From NCBI GenBank assembly GCA_965197645.1, contig OZ240219.1, positions 1 through 64,000 of the forward strand: DNA of 64,000 bases. Reading direction: 5' to 3'. The notes beneath the pieces are model-generated. The model did not search any database, was not told the DNA's origin, and saw nothing but the letters and a program-made list of their open reading frames with translations. The stretch is from Dehalococcoidia bacterium (GTDB lineage Bacteria > Chloroflexota > Dehalococcoidia > Plut-88900). Within the stretch, counting starts at the first letter, position 1; every line of letters begins with the position of its first letter. The position numbers were made by a program, and so were the translations under genes. Below, one piece after another: positions 49,473 through 59,690 of this stretch.

Positions 49473-49913
49473 TTGGAGCTCACGAAGCTGCTTGACGAAC
49501 TGAGCGCCACCGAAGGCGTCCTTTTCGTCGTCACCACGCCGGGCGTGGCCTTCGAGGTAAGAGCTAGCTCCGAACATCCTGTGGCTCTCCACGGTGGGTG
49601 GGCCGAGCTAAAGGGCGACGGCTGGCACGCGCACTTAGACATGAGCCGGATATCGGCGGTGCAGTTCGTCGAGCAGGAGGACCACGGCACGGTGCCTACC
49701 CTGTACTACGTCCGGTTCTCAAGCGCCGAGGGGGAGACTCTGTTCCGGGCCTACTTTCCCAATCCCTACCTGAGCGATGATGAACGCCCCGCCGATTTTC
49801 AGCCGGAAAAGCTGGCAGCCTTTTACCGGTTCAGGGACAGATATATAGGCCAGGACGGGGTTACGTTCGTGCAGAGGTCTCGGGAAGATGCGGGCCGGTC
49901 AGACCTGAGTTAG
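49473..49913 (+). CDS. ChuX/HutX-like heme/substrate-binding fold protein
   Basis: FVVTTPGVAFE, WHAHLD..ISAVQF, VRFSSAEGETLF. Confidence 0.55.
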   Translation: MELTKLLDELSATEGVLFVVTTPGVAFEVRASSEHPVALHGGWAELKGDGWHAHLDMSRISAVQFVEQEDHGTVPTLYYVRFSSAEGETLFRAYFPNPYLSDDERPADFQPEKLAAFYRFRDRYIGQDGVTFVQRSREDAGRSDLS

Positions 49914-49941
49914 TTGACAATATCTGAAGCGGTGCTATTCT
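49914..49941 (+). promoter_or_regulatory. Sigma70 promoter of the amidohydrolase gene
   Basis: TTGACA, 16 bp spacer, extended -10 TG-c-TATTCT. Confidence 0.6.
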
Positions 49942-49992
49942 GGGTCACATCCTCGATTTTGCGCTATCGGAACTCGGAGTAGGAGGCTGGCA

Positions 49993-51120
49993 ATGGACTA
50001 CAAGATAGTTTCGGCGGACTCCCATGTAGACCTAGGATTTCTGCCCTGGGACCTGTTCGCCCACGAGGCTCCGGCCGAGTGGAAAGACAAGATGCCTCGT
50101 GTGGTGCAGAAGGACGGCAGGAACCAGTGGTGGATAGAGGACGTTTACATCGAGGACGTGGGGCACTACGGCGATACCGAGATCTACAACCCCGGGATGA
50201 AGGACAGGGTGGCCAAGATGTCCCAGGTGGGATTCCTGGAGGACAGCGCAAAGGGCGACTATCATCCCACCAACCTGGACCTGCGACTAAAGGACCAGGA
50301 CCTGGACGGCGTGCAAGCGGAGGTGATCTACGGTCTGTTTGCCGTCGCGACCAAGCTCAAAGACCAAGAGCAGGTTGCCGCTATCTACCGTGTCTACAAC
50401 GACTGGATGGCCGATTTCACCAGCAAGAACCCGAGTAGGCTGGCGGGTCTGGCCTGCATTCCCAACCACGATCCTCAAGCGGCAGCCGACGAGGTGCGCC
50501 GGGTGGCGGCGATGGGGATGCGGGGCATCGAGTTCGGGCCTTCCACCGCCGTGAAGCCTATCTACGACCGGGACTGGGACGTGCTCTGGGCCGCTGCCGA
50601 CGAGTGCGACATTCCAATCTCCTTCCATACCACGGGGTTCAGACCCCGCGGGCCCAACGAAGCGGACCAGAAGAGATACGCTGAAATGCACTTGACTATC
50701 ACCATCACCCTGTTCCAACTCTCGGGGGCGGAGGTGCTATCCAGCATCATCTTCTCCGGCGCCTGCGAGCGGTTCCCCAACGTGCGATTTGTGCTGGGCG
50801 AGAGCGGCGTCACCTGGATCCCCTACGTCATCGACAGGATGGACCACGAAGGTGAAGGGGCCCCGGGACTGGTGTTGAAGCCCAGCGACTACTGGAAGAG
50901 ACAGGGCTACTCCACCTTCCAGAAGGAGGGGTTCGCCGGAGACATGATCGACTTCATAGGGCCTGATAATGTGATGTGGGGCTCCGACTATCCTCACCCC
51001 GACGGGGTATGGCCCGATTCCCAAGAGGCCATCACGAACAACTTCAGGAACCTGCGGGACAAGAACAAGCTGCAGAAGATCATCTGCGACACCGCAGTGA
51101 ACCTGTACAAGTTCAACTAG
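49993..51120 (+). CDS. Amidohydrolase_2 family protein
   Basis: SADSH, DQDLDGV, YNDW, ESGVTW, WGSDYPH. Confidence 0.9.
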   Translation: MDYKIVSADSHVDLGFLPWDLFAHEAPAEWKDKMPRVVQKDGRNQWWIEDVYIEDVGHYGDTEIYNPGMKDRVAKMSQVGFLEDSAKGDYHPTNLDLRLKDQDLDGVQAEVIYGLFAVATKLKDQEQVAAIYRVYNDWMADFTSKNPSRLAGLACIPNHDPQAAADEVRRVAAMGMRGIEFGPSTAVKPIYDRDWDVLWAAADECDIPISFHTTGFRPRGPNEADQKRYAEMHLTITITLFQLSGAEVLSSIIFSGACERFPNVRFVLGESGVTWIPYVIDRMDHEGEGAPGLVLKPSDYWKRQGYSTFQKEGFAGDMIDFIGPDNVMWGSDYPHPDGVWPDSQEAITNNFRNLRDKNKLQKIICDTAVNLYKFN

Positions 51121-51122
51121 GT

Positions 51123-52535
51123 TCAGAGGGCAGGGCGGCGGGTGTGCCAGTCGGTGGCGCGTTCGTAGGCGGCGGCAACCCTAAAGAGCATCGTCTCATC
51201 GAAGGGCCGGCCACCCACTTGTAGTCCTATGGGGAGGCCCGACTCCGTGAAACCGCAGGGGATGGACATCGCTGGGAAACCGGCGAGGTTGTAAGGTGTG
51301 GTGTTGGCCCGGGCCCCGAAGACTCGCTCGCGCACCTCATCTTCGCTGCTGAATCGCCTGGTGGCCTCTTCGATCGTCGGGGGTGGATTGGCCATAGTCG
51401 GAGATACCAGGGCATCCACCGTATCCAAGGCCTCGGACATCCGTCTGCGGAGGAGCTCCCTGGCCCGCTGAGCCTTGTGGTAGAGCACCGCCGGTATCAG
51501 GCTGGCGGCCGCAAGGCGGGTCCGGGCGCCGGGGTCGTACTCATCACCGCGCTCGCGAAGCAGCGCTCCGTGGACGTCGGCAGCGTCGGAATCGCACGTT
51601 GCGACGTAAATTGGCCCGGCCAGCGATAGGAGGGGTATCGAGACTTCGGTCACCTGGGCACCCAGGCTATCCATCACCTCGAGGGCCTTCTCGGTGGCCC
51701 GCCGCACCTCTGCGTCCACCTCCTCGTTGGCAATCTGCTCCTTGAGATACCCGATGCGCAGACCATCGATGCCTTTGTCGATGTCCCGCGTGTAGTCGGG
51801 GACGGGCTGCCTGCTGGAGAGGCGGTCGTTGGGGTCGTAGCCGGCCAGCGCCCCGAGAAGCAGAGCACAGTCTTTGACGGTCCTGGTCATGGGGCCGGCA
51901 ATGTCCATGGACCAGCACATGGGGAACACCCCGTACCTGCTGATCCTTCCGAAGGTGGGCCTGATTCCCACGATGCCGCACATCGATGCCGGTAATCGCA
52001 CGGACCCGCCGGTGTCCTCGCCAATGCTGGCGGAGCAGAGCCCCGCGGCGACGGAGGAACCGGACCCGGCGCTGGACCCGCCGGGGTACCGGTCCAGGTC
52101 CCAGGGGTTCCTTGGTGTGCCGTGGGGATAGTTTCGGGTATCTCCGAAGGCGAACTCTGTCATGTTCAGCTTGCCCAGGATTAGGGCGCCGGCAGTCTTC
52201 AGTCGAGCCACTACTGTGCAGTCTCTCTGGGGGACGTTTTCCGAGTAGATGGAGGAGCCGTGGGTGGTGCGGACGCCTTCGGTGTCAAACTGGTCCTTTA
52301 TCCCGATGGGAATGCCGTGTAGGGGACCTAGATACCTGCCCTGGGCTATCTCCTTTTCGGCCCTCTCCGCCGATTCCAGGGCCTGGTCGCCGGTCACGGT
52401 GATAAAGGACTTGAGCTTATCGTTCAGGCGCTCGATGCGGTCGAGATAGGTTCGGGTCAACTCTACCGGAGACACCTGCTTCGACTTGAGGAGGTCGGTC
52501 TGACGAGACAGGGGCTCAAAGGCGAGATCAGTCAT
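51123..52535 (-). CDS. Amidase signature family enzyme (GatA/AtzE-like)
   Basis: GPLHGIPIGIKD, GGSSAGS, GEDTGGSVRLPA, GLPIGLQ. Confidence 0.92.
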   Translation of the reverse strand: MTDLAFEPLSRQTDLLKSKQVSPVELTRTYLDRIERLNDKLKSFITVTGDQALESAERAEKEIAQGRYLGPLHGIPIGIKDQFDTEGVRTTHGSSIYSENVPQRDCTVVARLKTAGALILGKLNMTEFAFGDTRNYPHGTPRNPWDLDRYPGGSSAGSGSSVAAGLCSASIGEDTGGSVRLPASMCGIVGIRPTFGRISRYGVFPMCWSMDIAGPMTRTVKDCALLLGALAGYDPNDRLSSRQPVPDYTRDIDKGIDGLRIGYLKEQIANEEVDAEVRRATEKALEVMDSLGAQVTEVSIPLLSLAGPIYVATCDSDAADVHGALLRERGDEYDPGARTRLAAASLIPAVLYHKAQRARELLRRRMSEALDTVDALVSPTMANPPPTIEEATRRFSSEDEVRERVFGARANTTPYNLAGFPAMSIPCGFTESGLPIGLQVGGRPFDETMLFRVAAAYERATDWHTRRPAL

Positions 52536-52743
52536 CGCGGTTCGCCTCATCGCCGGTCATCAGGGGCAGGGGATCGACTCCCCGTAGTTCATCGTCGTCC
52601 AGCTGAGAAAGCCCTTCGGAGAGGGCGTTCAGCCTGAACCGGACCTCTTCCCTATCGGGCTTGCTGAGGTTGAACCCAGCCGCCTTGAGGAGGCGATCGA
52701 TCTCGGGTTGCTCGAACTTCAAGACATGACGGTTTGACGGCAT
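52528..52743 (-). CDS. Small GatC/AtzG-like amidase partner
   Basis: About 71 aa, helical, ending in DPLP; overlaps the amidase start. Confidence 0.55.
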   Translation of the reverse strand: MPSNRHVLKFEQPEIDRLLKAAGFNLSKPDREEVRFRLNALSEGLSQLDDDELRGVDPLPLMTGDEANRDD

Positions 52744-52884
52744 TCCTGCACCCCCCATCGCAGCATCATTGTGTCCTCAACGCACCCTCAAGTCAATCGC
52801 CCCTCAAGTGGCGATTCGACGAGGGATTATGGTATCATCGTCATCGATTAGAGAGCCCACCATCCAATTCATTGGGGAGGCCAG

Positions 52885-53241
52885 ATGGACGTAATCACCA
52901 TCAGCGAGGTACCGGAAGACGACACCCCACGTCCAATATTCGATGGCAGGGTAACTATGCAGCCGCTTGTGACTGAAGAGATGTCGAAAATCCTGGGCAT
53001 GGCGGCCGTCAACTTCAGCCCAGGCGCCAGGACCAAACTACACACCCACGATTACGATCAGGTGTTGCTGGGGACCGCCGGCAAGGGGATACTGGCCACG
53101 GAGACCGAGGAGCACGTGGTCACACCCGGAGTGCTGGTCCACGTCCCAACCGGTGAGAAGCACTGGCACGGGGCAACCAAAGACTCGTCCTTCACTCACG
53201 TCGCAGTAAACCTGCCTGGTGAGACCAGGATACTCGAGTAA
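52885..53241 (+). CDS. Cupin domain protein
   Basis: FSPGARTKLHTH..DQ, EKHWHGA. Confidence 0.88.
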   Translation: MDVITISEVPEDDTPRPIFDGRVTMQPLVTEEMSKILGMAAVNFSPGARTKLHTHDYDQVLLGTAGKGILATETEEHVVTPGVLVHVPTGEKHWHGATKDSSFTHVAVNLPGETRILE

Positions 53242-53308
53242 CGGTCACTGTTGTCGCCAACAGCATCCAAGCTCATGGAGGACTGGATGCTAGGGAAAGA
53301 GGTACGCC

Positions 53309-53725
53309 GTGGAGTGCCCACGGGATAGTACAGAGCTCCAAGTGGAGAGATACCAGGGCATAGAGATCGACAAGTGCCCCAGGTGCGAAGGCATATGGCT
53401 AGATCATCCCGAGCTGGACCAACTCGAGGACACGGTTTTCGACAAGGACGAGCTCAAGGGGATGATGGAGTACAGCCAAAGGCGCAGCGACATCCAGTGT
53501 CCCAGATGCGACGGACGCATGACGATCTTCAACTACCGGGCCTATAACCTACCGATAGATTCGTGCGACCTGGACCACGGGTTCTGGCTCGACAAAGGGG
53601 AGGAGAGGCAAGTCCAGGAACTGATGAAGAAACGCATCAAGGACCTGGACCGCTCCAAGAAAGCGGAGGCCGAGTGGTTCGGCTTCCTCAACAAGCTCAG
53701 CAAAGGGAAGCGGAAATGGTTCTAG
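53309..53725 (+). CDS. Double zf-TFIIB zinc-ribbon protein
   Basis: CPRD..IDKCPRCEGIWLD..E; CPRC..IDSC..HGFWLDKGE. Confidence 0.85.
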   Translation: MECPRDSTELQVERYQGIEIDKCPRCEGIWLDHPELDQLEDTVFDKDELKGMMEYSQRRSDIQCPRCDGRMTIFNYRAYNLPIDSCDLDHGFWLDKGEERQVQELMKKRIKDLDRSKKAEAEWFGFLNKLSKGKRKWF

Positions 53726-53782
53726 GTTGCTCCTCCTCGGGTGACGTAGGGGAGACCAACCCGTTAGCTAGAGGGATGGGGC

Positions 53783-54088
53783 ATGCTTGTTAGAGTATTA
53801 ATCGAAAGGCAGATCAAGCCGGGCAAAGAGGACGAGGCCCGAGAGTTGGTAGTGGAGATGAGGGAATCGGCCATTCCGCAGTCCGGCTACGTTTCCGGGG
53901 AAACCCTAGAGGACATCAACGATCCGAGATGCGTGGTGATCATCAGTACATGGCACGCCACGGAAGACTGGCAGAGGTGGGAGTCCAGCGAGAAGCACCA
54001 GGACCTGATCTCCAGGATCAATCCGTTGCTGGAGACCCCGGCTAACGTTAGAATCTGCGTCAACCCGTGGGACGCGCTCTCCGAATAG
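53783..54088 (+). CDS. Antibiotic biosynthesis monooxygenase (ABM) family protein
   Basis: GYVSGETL, ISTW..EDWQRWESS. Confidence 0.85.
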   Translation: MLVRVLIERQIKPGKEDEARELVVEMRESAIPQSGYVSGETLEDINDPRCVVIISTWHATEDWQRWESSEKHQDLISRINPLLETPANVRICVNPWDALSE

Positions 54089-54107
54089 AAACCTCGCCGG
54101 GAGCCGG

Positions 54108-55250
54108 CTATCTGGAGTTTCGGGCCACTACGAAGGACTCGTCGGCGAACCAGAGCCCCTCGTATTTCTGCAGCACTGTTCGAGTAGCGTCCAGGTAGGC
54201 TCCCTGGCTTATCGCCTCCTCCAGCCTTTCATCCTCTATCTGCGCCACGTAGATAGCGGCGTTCCAGCCGGCCAGTAGGGTGGATATTCCGATGTTGTCC
54301 TCCAACTCCGAAGCGCGCATATGGAGCTTGTACCGGAACTGGGACCGCCTGTCGTCGTAGCTGAGGTAGCGCAGGTCTGAGCGCTCTTCCTCAAACTGCT
54401 CCTTCAACACGTGTAGAAGCTCTCTTCTTGGCGTCTGGAAGGGGTCTTCATTGGGCCAGATGTGGCGGATGATCTCCATGCCCGGGTCCTTACCGGTGGA
54501 CTGAATGCCGATCATCCGCCCGCCGAGGGCCAGACACTGCACCAGCGGCTTCAGCACGTTCCTCACCTTCACCTGCGCTGGTAGGCGGGCCCTATAGGGC
54601 TGCGAGGCTATCACCAGATCGTAGTCGTGGTTCCTGTTGCCCTTTTGAGGGATGATGGGGTCCAGGGGCCATTTCTGGTCCTCCCGGTAGATGACCATAA
54701 CCGAAGGGTGAACGTACAAGGGATTGCCGGTCTTGGGGCTCGGGGCGGTCTGCCATTGCTGCTGGATATGGGGTTCCAGGGCCTTGATCTGCTCATCGAA
54801 CTCGAAGGCGGAGTCACCTTTCAGAGGGACCTCCAACCAGTTGAGCCGCTCCTGCGCGTCCTTTGATATGGGGTAAAGCCACGGGGCCTCCCGGTACAGC
54901 AGATTGGTTATGACCAGCACCGTCTGGGGGTGCTCGAAAAAACGATCGGGCATCTTCTCCAGGCTGATACGCACATCCTCTTGGCTAATCTCTTTGCCCA
55001 CTATCAGAAAGGGGACGGTGGGAAACCGGCGATGCAGACGCCTCATAACCCGGTTGAGGACGGTGCCGTCGCCCATACCGGCATCGAACACCTTGAGCGC
55101 CGGTGAAGTGGGATGGATGTGCCGAAACTCCATGGCGACCCGCTCTGCTATCACCCGCTTCTCGCTGCAGGTGGTGACGAAGAGGAGGTACTTCTCGCGG
55201 TTGTCGAAGAATCTAAAGGGCTGGTGATTGGAAGGGTAGCCTTCAACCAA
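54108..55250 (-). CDS. Hypothetical protein with a SAM-methyltransferase-like motif
   Basis: FRFFDNREKYLLF, VFDAGMGDG, YDLVIASQPYR. Confidence 0.7.
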   Translation of the reverse strand: MVEGYPSNHQPFRFFDNREKYLLFVTTCSEKRVIAERVAMEFRHIHPTSPALKVFDAGMGDGTVLNRVMRRLHRRFPTVPFLIVGKEISQEDVRISLEKMPDRFFEHPQTVLVITNLLYREAPWLYPISKDAQERLNWLEVPLKGDSAFEFDEQIKALEPHIQQQWQTAPSPKTGNPLYVHPSVMVIYREDQKWPLDPIIPQKGNRNHDYDLVIASQPYRARLPAQVKVRNVLKPLVQCLALGGRMIGIQSTGKDPGMEIIRHIWPNEDPFQTPRRELLHVLKEQFEEERSDLRYLSYDDRRSQFRYKLHMRASELEDNIGISTLLAGWNAAIYVAQIEDERLEEAISQGAYLDATRTVLQKYEGLWFADESFVVARNSR

Positions 55251-56250
55251 CGAGGAAGCCCTCCTTCAGGGGGTCTCTGGCGTCGATGAAGAACTGGTGG
55301 GTGCCGGTGATGTATGCCGAGCCGGTGATCTCCGGCACGATGGCTGGATAGCCATCGACGCTGGTCTCCTCGATGATTCTGGACTTGAAGGTGGTGCCGA
55401 CGATGCTCTGGTAGACGAACTCCTCGTCTACGCCTATTTCGCCGCGATGGTGCATCAGTGCCAGTTTGGCGGAGGTGCCGGTACCGCAGGGCGAGCGATC
55501 GTAGGCGTGTTGGGCGAACACCATGATATTTTGTGCATCCACTCCCGGGGTCGGGCTCGGGGCGTACATTTCGACGCCATGGAGGTTCGTGATACCGGCT
55601 TCGGTGGGATGCTTCAGCTCAAGCTGCTCCTTGGCAGCGTTTCGAAAAGCGATTCCCCGGTCGATGAGAGTCCGGACGGCGCCTGGCGACAGCTCCAACC
55701 CCAGCCGCTCTGCCGGAATCAGGGCGAAGAAATTGCCTCCGAAGACTATGTCGGTGGACAGAGTGCTGCCTTCGAAATCTACCCTGGCATCAGGCATATA
55801 GACGAAGGAGGGCACGTTGCGGATACTTACCTCTATCACGCCTCCCTCATCATCCACTCTTGCCCTGCCTGTAACAGTGCCGGAAACGGTGTCCACGTGA
55901 ACATCGGTGTAGGGGTGTACGGCCTCGATCTGCCCGGTCTCTATGAGGGTGGTGATCAGCCCGATCGTCCCGTGGCCGCACATGGCTTCGAAGCCCATGG
56001 CGTCGATGAAGATCACACCGACGTCTCCCTCATCCGACACCGGCTCGGTGAGAACGGCGCCGACTAGATCGCTGTGCCCTCTCGGTTCCCTAATTATGGC
56101 TCTTCGAACATCGTCAAGGTGATCGTGAAAGTAGGCCTGTTTTGCGGCCATCGTATCGCCGAGGATGCGAGGCAGTCCGCCAGTCACGACGCGAGTTGCT
56201 TCCCCTGCCGTGTGAGAGTCGATAGTGGATATGAACCGTCGTGCTTTCAT
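55243..56250 (-). CDS. Proline racemase / hydroxyproline epimerase family
   Basis: DSHTAGE, EPRGH, MCGHG, DRSPCGTG (both catalytic Cys present). Confidence 0.92.
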   Translation of the reverse strand: MKARRFISTIDSHTAGEATRVVTGGLPRILGDTMAAKQAYFHDHLDDVRRAIIREPRGHSDLVGAVLTEPVSDEGDVGVIFIDAMGFEAMCGHGTIGLITTLIETGQIEAVHPYTDVHVDTVSGTVTGRARVDDEGGVIEVSIRNVPSFVYMPDARVDFEGSTLSTDIVFGGNFFALIPAERLGLELSPGAVRTLIDRGIAFRNAAKEQLELKHPTEAGITNLHGVEMYAPSPTPGVDAQNIMVFAQHAYDRSPCGTGTSAKLALMHHRGEIGVDEEFVYQSIVGTTFKSRIIEETSVDGYPAIVPEITGSAYITGTHQFFIDARDPLKEGFLVG

Positions 56251-56350
56251 ATGATGACCCAGCTTGCCGTTCGGTTTCAGCACGGCATTATACACCCTGG
56301 GGCGATGATATGATTATCCCCGTTCAGTCCAGTGCTATAGGAGGAGAATC

Positions 56351-56704
56351 ATGCCGTTCTTCGATCCGACAACCGTACAGAGAAGAGAGATAGCGGAAGG
56401 CGCCTCTATCCGGCCCGTGTGGGGCGATAAGGTGATGATGGTCTACATCGATCTGAAAGATGGGGCTGTGGTGCCCCTCCACACCCATCCCCACGAGCAG
56501 ATGGGCATGGTCCTTGAGGGAGAGTTCGAGCTGGTCATCGAAGGCGAATCAAAAGTGGTCAGAGAGGGAGAGGCCTACCTGGTGCCGTCTAACCAGGAGC
56601 ATACCGCCATCGCAAACCGGGGGGATGCCCGGGCGTTGGACATATTCAGCCCGCCCCGTGAGGACTTCATACAGCTAGTCCAAGACCCGCCAGCGGACGG
56701 CTAG
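56351..56704 (+). CDS. Cupin domain protein
   Basis: HTHPHEQMG, DIFSPPRED. Confidence 0.88.
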   Translation: MPFFDPTTVQRREIAEGASIRPVWGDKVMMVYIDLKDGAVVPLHTHPHEQMGMVLEGEFELVIEGESKVVREGEAYLVPSNQEHTAIANRGDARALDIFSPPREDFIQLVQDPPADG

Positions 56705-57189
56705 TATAAGACTCGCCAGCGGGATAGGGGCCAGTAGACCATCCAGGCCCTGGCCTTGACCAGATCGATGGGGAAGGGGCCAAGCTGCCGGCTATCGGTG
56801 CTGCGTTCCGGGTCATCTCCCAGCAGGAAAACGTATCCCTCTCGCAGGTCCCAATGATTATCTTCGGATGAAGGGTTAGCAAGGGCAAGAGGTCCGGGAA
56901 CGGGTCCTCCGTTAACTAGGACCAACCCATCTTTGACGTCCACCGTATCGCCGGGCACGGCAACAACCCGTTTGATGAGTGGAAAGTCCCGCCTCAACGG
57001 GTGGTCGGCGAGAACGATGTGGTCTCGGACAGGGGGAGAGTGCTTGTAGGCCAGGCGGTCGAAGAGCAATCGTTCCTTCGGTTCGAGGGTCGGCGACATG
57101 CTCGTGCCCCGAACAACTACCCTCCGGGCAAGGAGAAGGCGCAAGGGCAGGCTGAGGGTCTTGTTCATTGGTAACTGGGATCTCCCCAT
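56701..57189 (-). CDS. sodX: S26 peptidase, NiSOD maturation protease
   Basis: GTSMSPTL, IKRV, GDD..STDSR; divergent from sodN. Confidence 0.8.
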   Translation of the reverse strand: MGRSQLPMNKTLSLPLRLLLARRVVVRGTSMSPTLEPKERLLFDRLAYKHSPPVRDHIVLADHPLRRDFPLIKRVVAVPGDTVDVKDGLVLVNGGPVPGPLALANPSSEDNHWDLREGYVFLLGDDPERSTDSRQLGPFPIDLVKARAWMVYWPLSRWRVLY

Positions 57190-57258
57190 TCCCGTTGCCC
57201 CGGCAGACCGGCGTATGGTACACTTCCGGCCACCAAACAGCTAAGAGGAGGAGTAATT

Positions 57259-57744
57259 ATGTCATTCTTCACGAGCGCCTTCGGACTGCTTAACCGCATT
57301 CTACCAGCAGAGGAGGGGCACGCTCACTGCGACATCCCGTGCGGGATATACGATCCCCACGCAGCTCAAATTGCAGCCCTCACCGCGGTCAGGATGAACC
57401 AACTGATCGATGCCATGGAGGAAGGAGCCGCAGCGGCTTCCCTAAGCCGGTACATCGCCGAGAAGGAGAGGCATGCCGAGCTGTGCAAGCACGAGCTAAG
57501 AATTCTGTGGGGCGACTACTTCAAGCCTGAGCACCTGGAAGCCTACCCCGATCTCCACGATAACGTTCACAAGGCGATGAAGGCAGCCTCCGCGGTGAAG
57601 CAGAGCAACAGCCTGCAGGCCGCCGAAGATCTGCTGGCCGCCACCCAGAACATCGCCGAGATCTTCTGGAAGAGCAAGGGCGCCGAGGTTAGCCGCCAGC
57701 CGTCCAGGCAGATCGTGGGCGGAGAGCTGGTCTACCCGGCCTAG
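57259..57744 (+). CDS. sodN: Nickel superoxide dismutase
   Basis: Leader followed by the Ni-hook HCDIPCGIYDP; LWGDYFK. Confidence 0.95.
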   Translation: MSFFTSAFGLLNRILPAEEGHAHCDIPCGIYDPHAAQIAALTAVRMNQLIDAMEEGAAAASLSRYIAEKERHAELCKHELRILWGDYFKPEHLEAYPDLHDNVHKAMKAASAVKQSNSLQAAEDLLAATQNIAEIFWKSKGAEVSRQPSRQIVGGELVYPA

Positions 57745-57764
57745 ACCGAGTTTCGTTAGACCTT

Positions 57765-57801
57765 CGCCCCCTCACCTGTACAGGTGAGGGGGCGGTTTTT
57801 T
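57765..57801 (+). terminator. Intrinsic terminator after sodN
   Basis: Perfect palindrome CGCCCCCTCACCTGTACAGGTGAGGGGGCG followed by GTTTTTT. Confidence 0.85.
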
Positions 57802-57874
57802 GAGCCCCAGATTCTATTGAGAGGGTAGAGAGCCCGATGTTATACTGGCCCGTAATTTCCCCTCGGAGGTTAGG

Positions 57875-59017
57875 ATGAAGGTTTCGTGTCTCCAGGAGAA
57901 CCTTAATGAAGGCTTGGGCGTGATCGGCCGGGCCGTCGCCGCCAGGACTACACTGCCTATAACCAACAACGTTCTCATCGCTACCGATGAAGGCCAACTC
58001 AAGCTCTCCGCGACCAACCTGGAGATTGCGATTACGGCGTGGATCGGGGCCAAAGTGGAGGAGGAGGGGGTAACCACGGTCCCCGCCAGGCTGCTTGGCG
58101 AGTTCGTGAGCTCGCTGCCCAACGAGCAGATAAACCTGGAAGTCCCGGCCAACTCCAACAACATGAACCTGAACTGCGCCCGGTTCGAGGCGAGGATTAC
58201 GGGCAGCAGCGCCGAGGAGTTCCCTCCCATACCTACCGTCGACGAAGGCACTGCGATAGAGATGAACCCGGAACTGCTTCAAAACGCCGTCCAGAAGGTG
58301 GCCTTTGCCGCCGCCACAGAGGATTCCCGGCCCGTGCTTACCGGGGTGCAGATGGAGCTCAAAGGGGAATCCATGGTACTGGCCGCCGCCGACGGTTTCC
58401 GGCTGGCCGTCCATGAAGCATCGCTGGGAGCCCAGGTGCCTGAAGAGACCTCGGTGATCATCCCGGCCAGGACCCTCTCGGAGGTGAGCCGGCTGATAGG
58501 TGATCAGGAAGACCCCGTTTCGGTGATGGTCAACTCAGCCAAAAGCCAGGTCCTGTTCAAACTGAAGCACGCCGAGATTGTGTCTCAGCTGATTCAGGGC
58601 ACCTTCCCCAACTACGGACAGCTGATACCGAAGGAGTCCGTGTCCAAAGCGACCGTCGATGTTTCGGAGTTCGCCCGGGCCACCAAGGCGGCTTCCATAT
58701 TCGCTCGAGACGGCAGTGGGATCGTCCGTGTGCAGATGTCCGCGGCAGAGGGCGACTCATCCGGCGAGATGTCGGTTTCCGCCCGTTCGGAGGAGGTGGG
58801 AGACGACACCGGGAAAATCGATGCGGACCTCGAAGGCGACGAAGCAAAGATCGCATTCAACAGCAAGTACCTGACCGACGTCCTCAACGTCCTGAGCAAG
58901 GGTGGAGTGAGCCTGGAGACCACCAGCCCCTCCAGCCCAGGAGTCCTGCGGCCGGTGAAGTCCCCTGAAGGCACCAGCTACGTACACGTGGTCATGCCGA
59001 TGTTCGTTCAGTGGTGA
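57875..59017 (+). CDS. dnaN: DNA polymerase III beta clamp
   Basis: LSATNLEI, EEFPPIP, SRPVLTGV, DGFRLA, FPNY, IAFN, VMPM. Confidence 0.97.
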   Translation: MKVSCLQENLNEGLGVIGRAVAARTTLPITNNVLIATDEGQLKLSATNLEIAITAWIGAKVEEEGVTTVPARLLGEFVSSLPNEQINLEVPANSNNMNLNCARFEARITGSSAEEFPPIPTVDEGTAIEMNPELLQNAVQKVAFAAATEDSRPVLTGVQMELKGESMVLAAADGFRLAVHEASLGAQVPEETSVIIPARTLSEVSRLIGDQEDPVSVMVNSAKSQVLFKLKHAEIVSQLIQGTFPNYGQLIPKESVSKATVDVSEFARATKAASIFARDGSGIVRVQMSAAEGDSSGEMSVSARSEEVGDDTGKIDADLEGDEAKIAFNSKYLTDVLNVLSKGGVSLETTSPSSPGVLRPVKSPEGTSYVHVVMPMFVQW

Positions 59018-59092
59018 GCGGACTCGTCGGGACCGCGCCTGCCCGGCGAACACCCTAAGCCCCGTCCGCTGCCTATAATCGATATCTAGGCT

Positions 59093-59120
59093 GAAGGCGC
59101 GCCTTACGGGCGCCTTTTCG
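59093..59120. terminator. Terminator-like hairpin between convergent genes
   Basis: GAAGGCGC..TTAC..GCGCCTTTT. Confidence 0.55.
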
Positions 59121-59129
59121 AACCCAGTG

Positions 59130-59291
<162 letters not shown>

Positions 59292-59390
59292 GGTGTTGAC
59301 TACCTAAAGGAGAGACTTCCTCTCGCGTATTGTCGCCCGTCCGGTCTGCCTCCAACCGAGATGGGGAGCCGCCGGTTCGGACCGATGTCG

Positions 59391-59690
59391 CTATCCTCCG
59401 GGCGGAACGAACTCCGGGGCAAGAACCATCCACCCCGAGCTGGAGGCGTGGCGTAGTCCGATGATCGCCTGGTACTCGGGGGAGTTGTACCAGCTCTTGG
59501 CTTGGTCGACGGACGAAAACTCGATCACCACTACAACCGGAGCCGGTTCGCCCTCCAGGGTATCCGAGTCCGGGCCGGCTGCCAGCACCTTTCCACCGTA
59601 CTGACTCACGGTGGGGCCGGCTGCTTGCGCGTATTTGGTGAAGGTATCGATGTCGTTGACGGTCTCGTTCACTACGATGTACGCAGGCAT
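59391..59690 (-). CDS. DUF1330 protein
   Basis: YGGKVL, LEGE, VVIEF, WYNSPEYQ. Confidence 0.9.
   Translation of the reverse strand: MPAYIVVNETVNDIDTFTKYAQAAGPTVSQYGGKVLAAGPDSDTLEGEPAPVVVVIEFSSVDQAKSWYNSPEYQAIIGLRHASSSGWMVLAPEFVPPGG

Noticed and set aside
57875-59017. Replication origin near dnaN
   Set aside because: No dnaA, recF or gyrB is adjacent and no DnaA-box cluster was seen.
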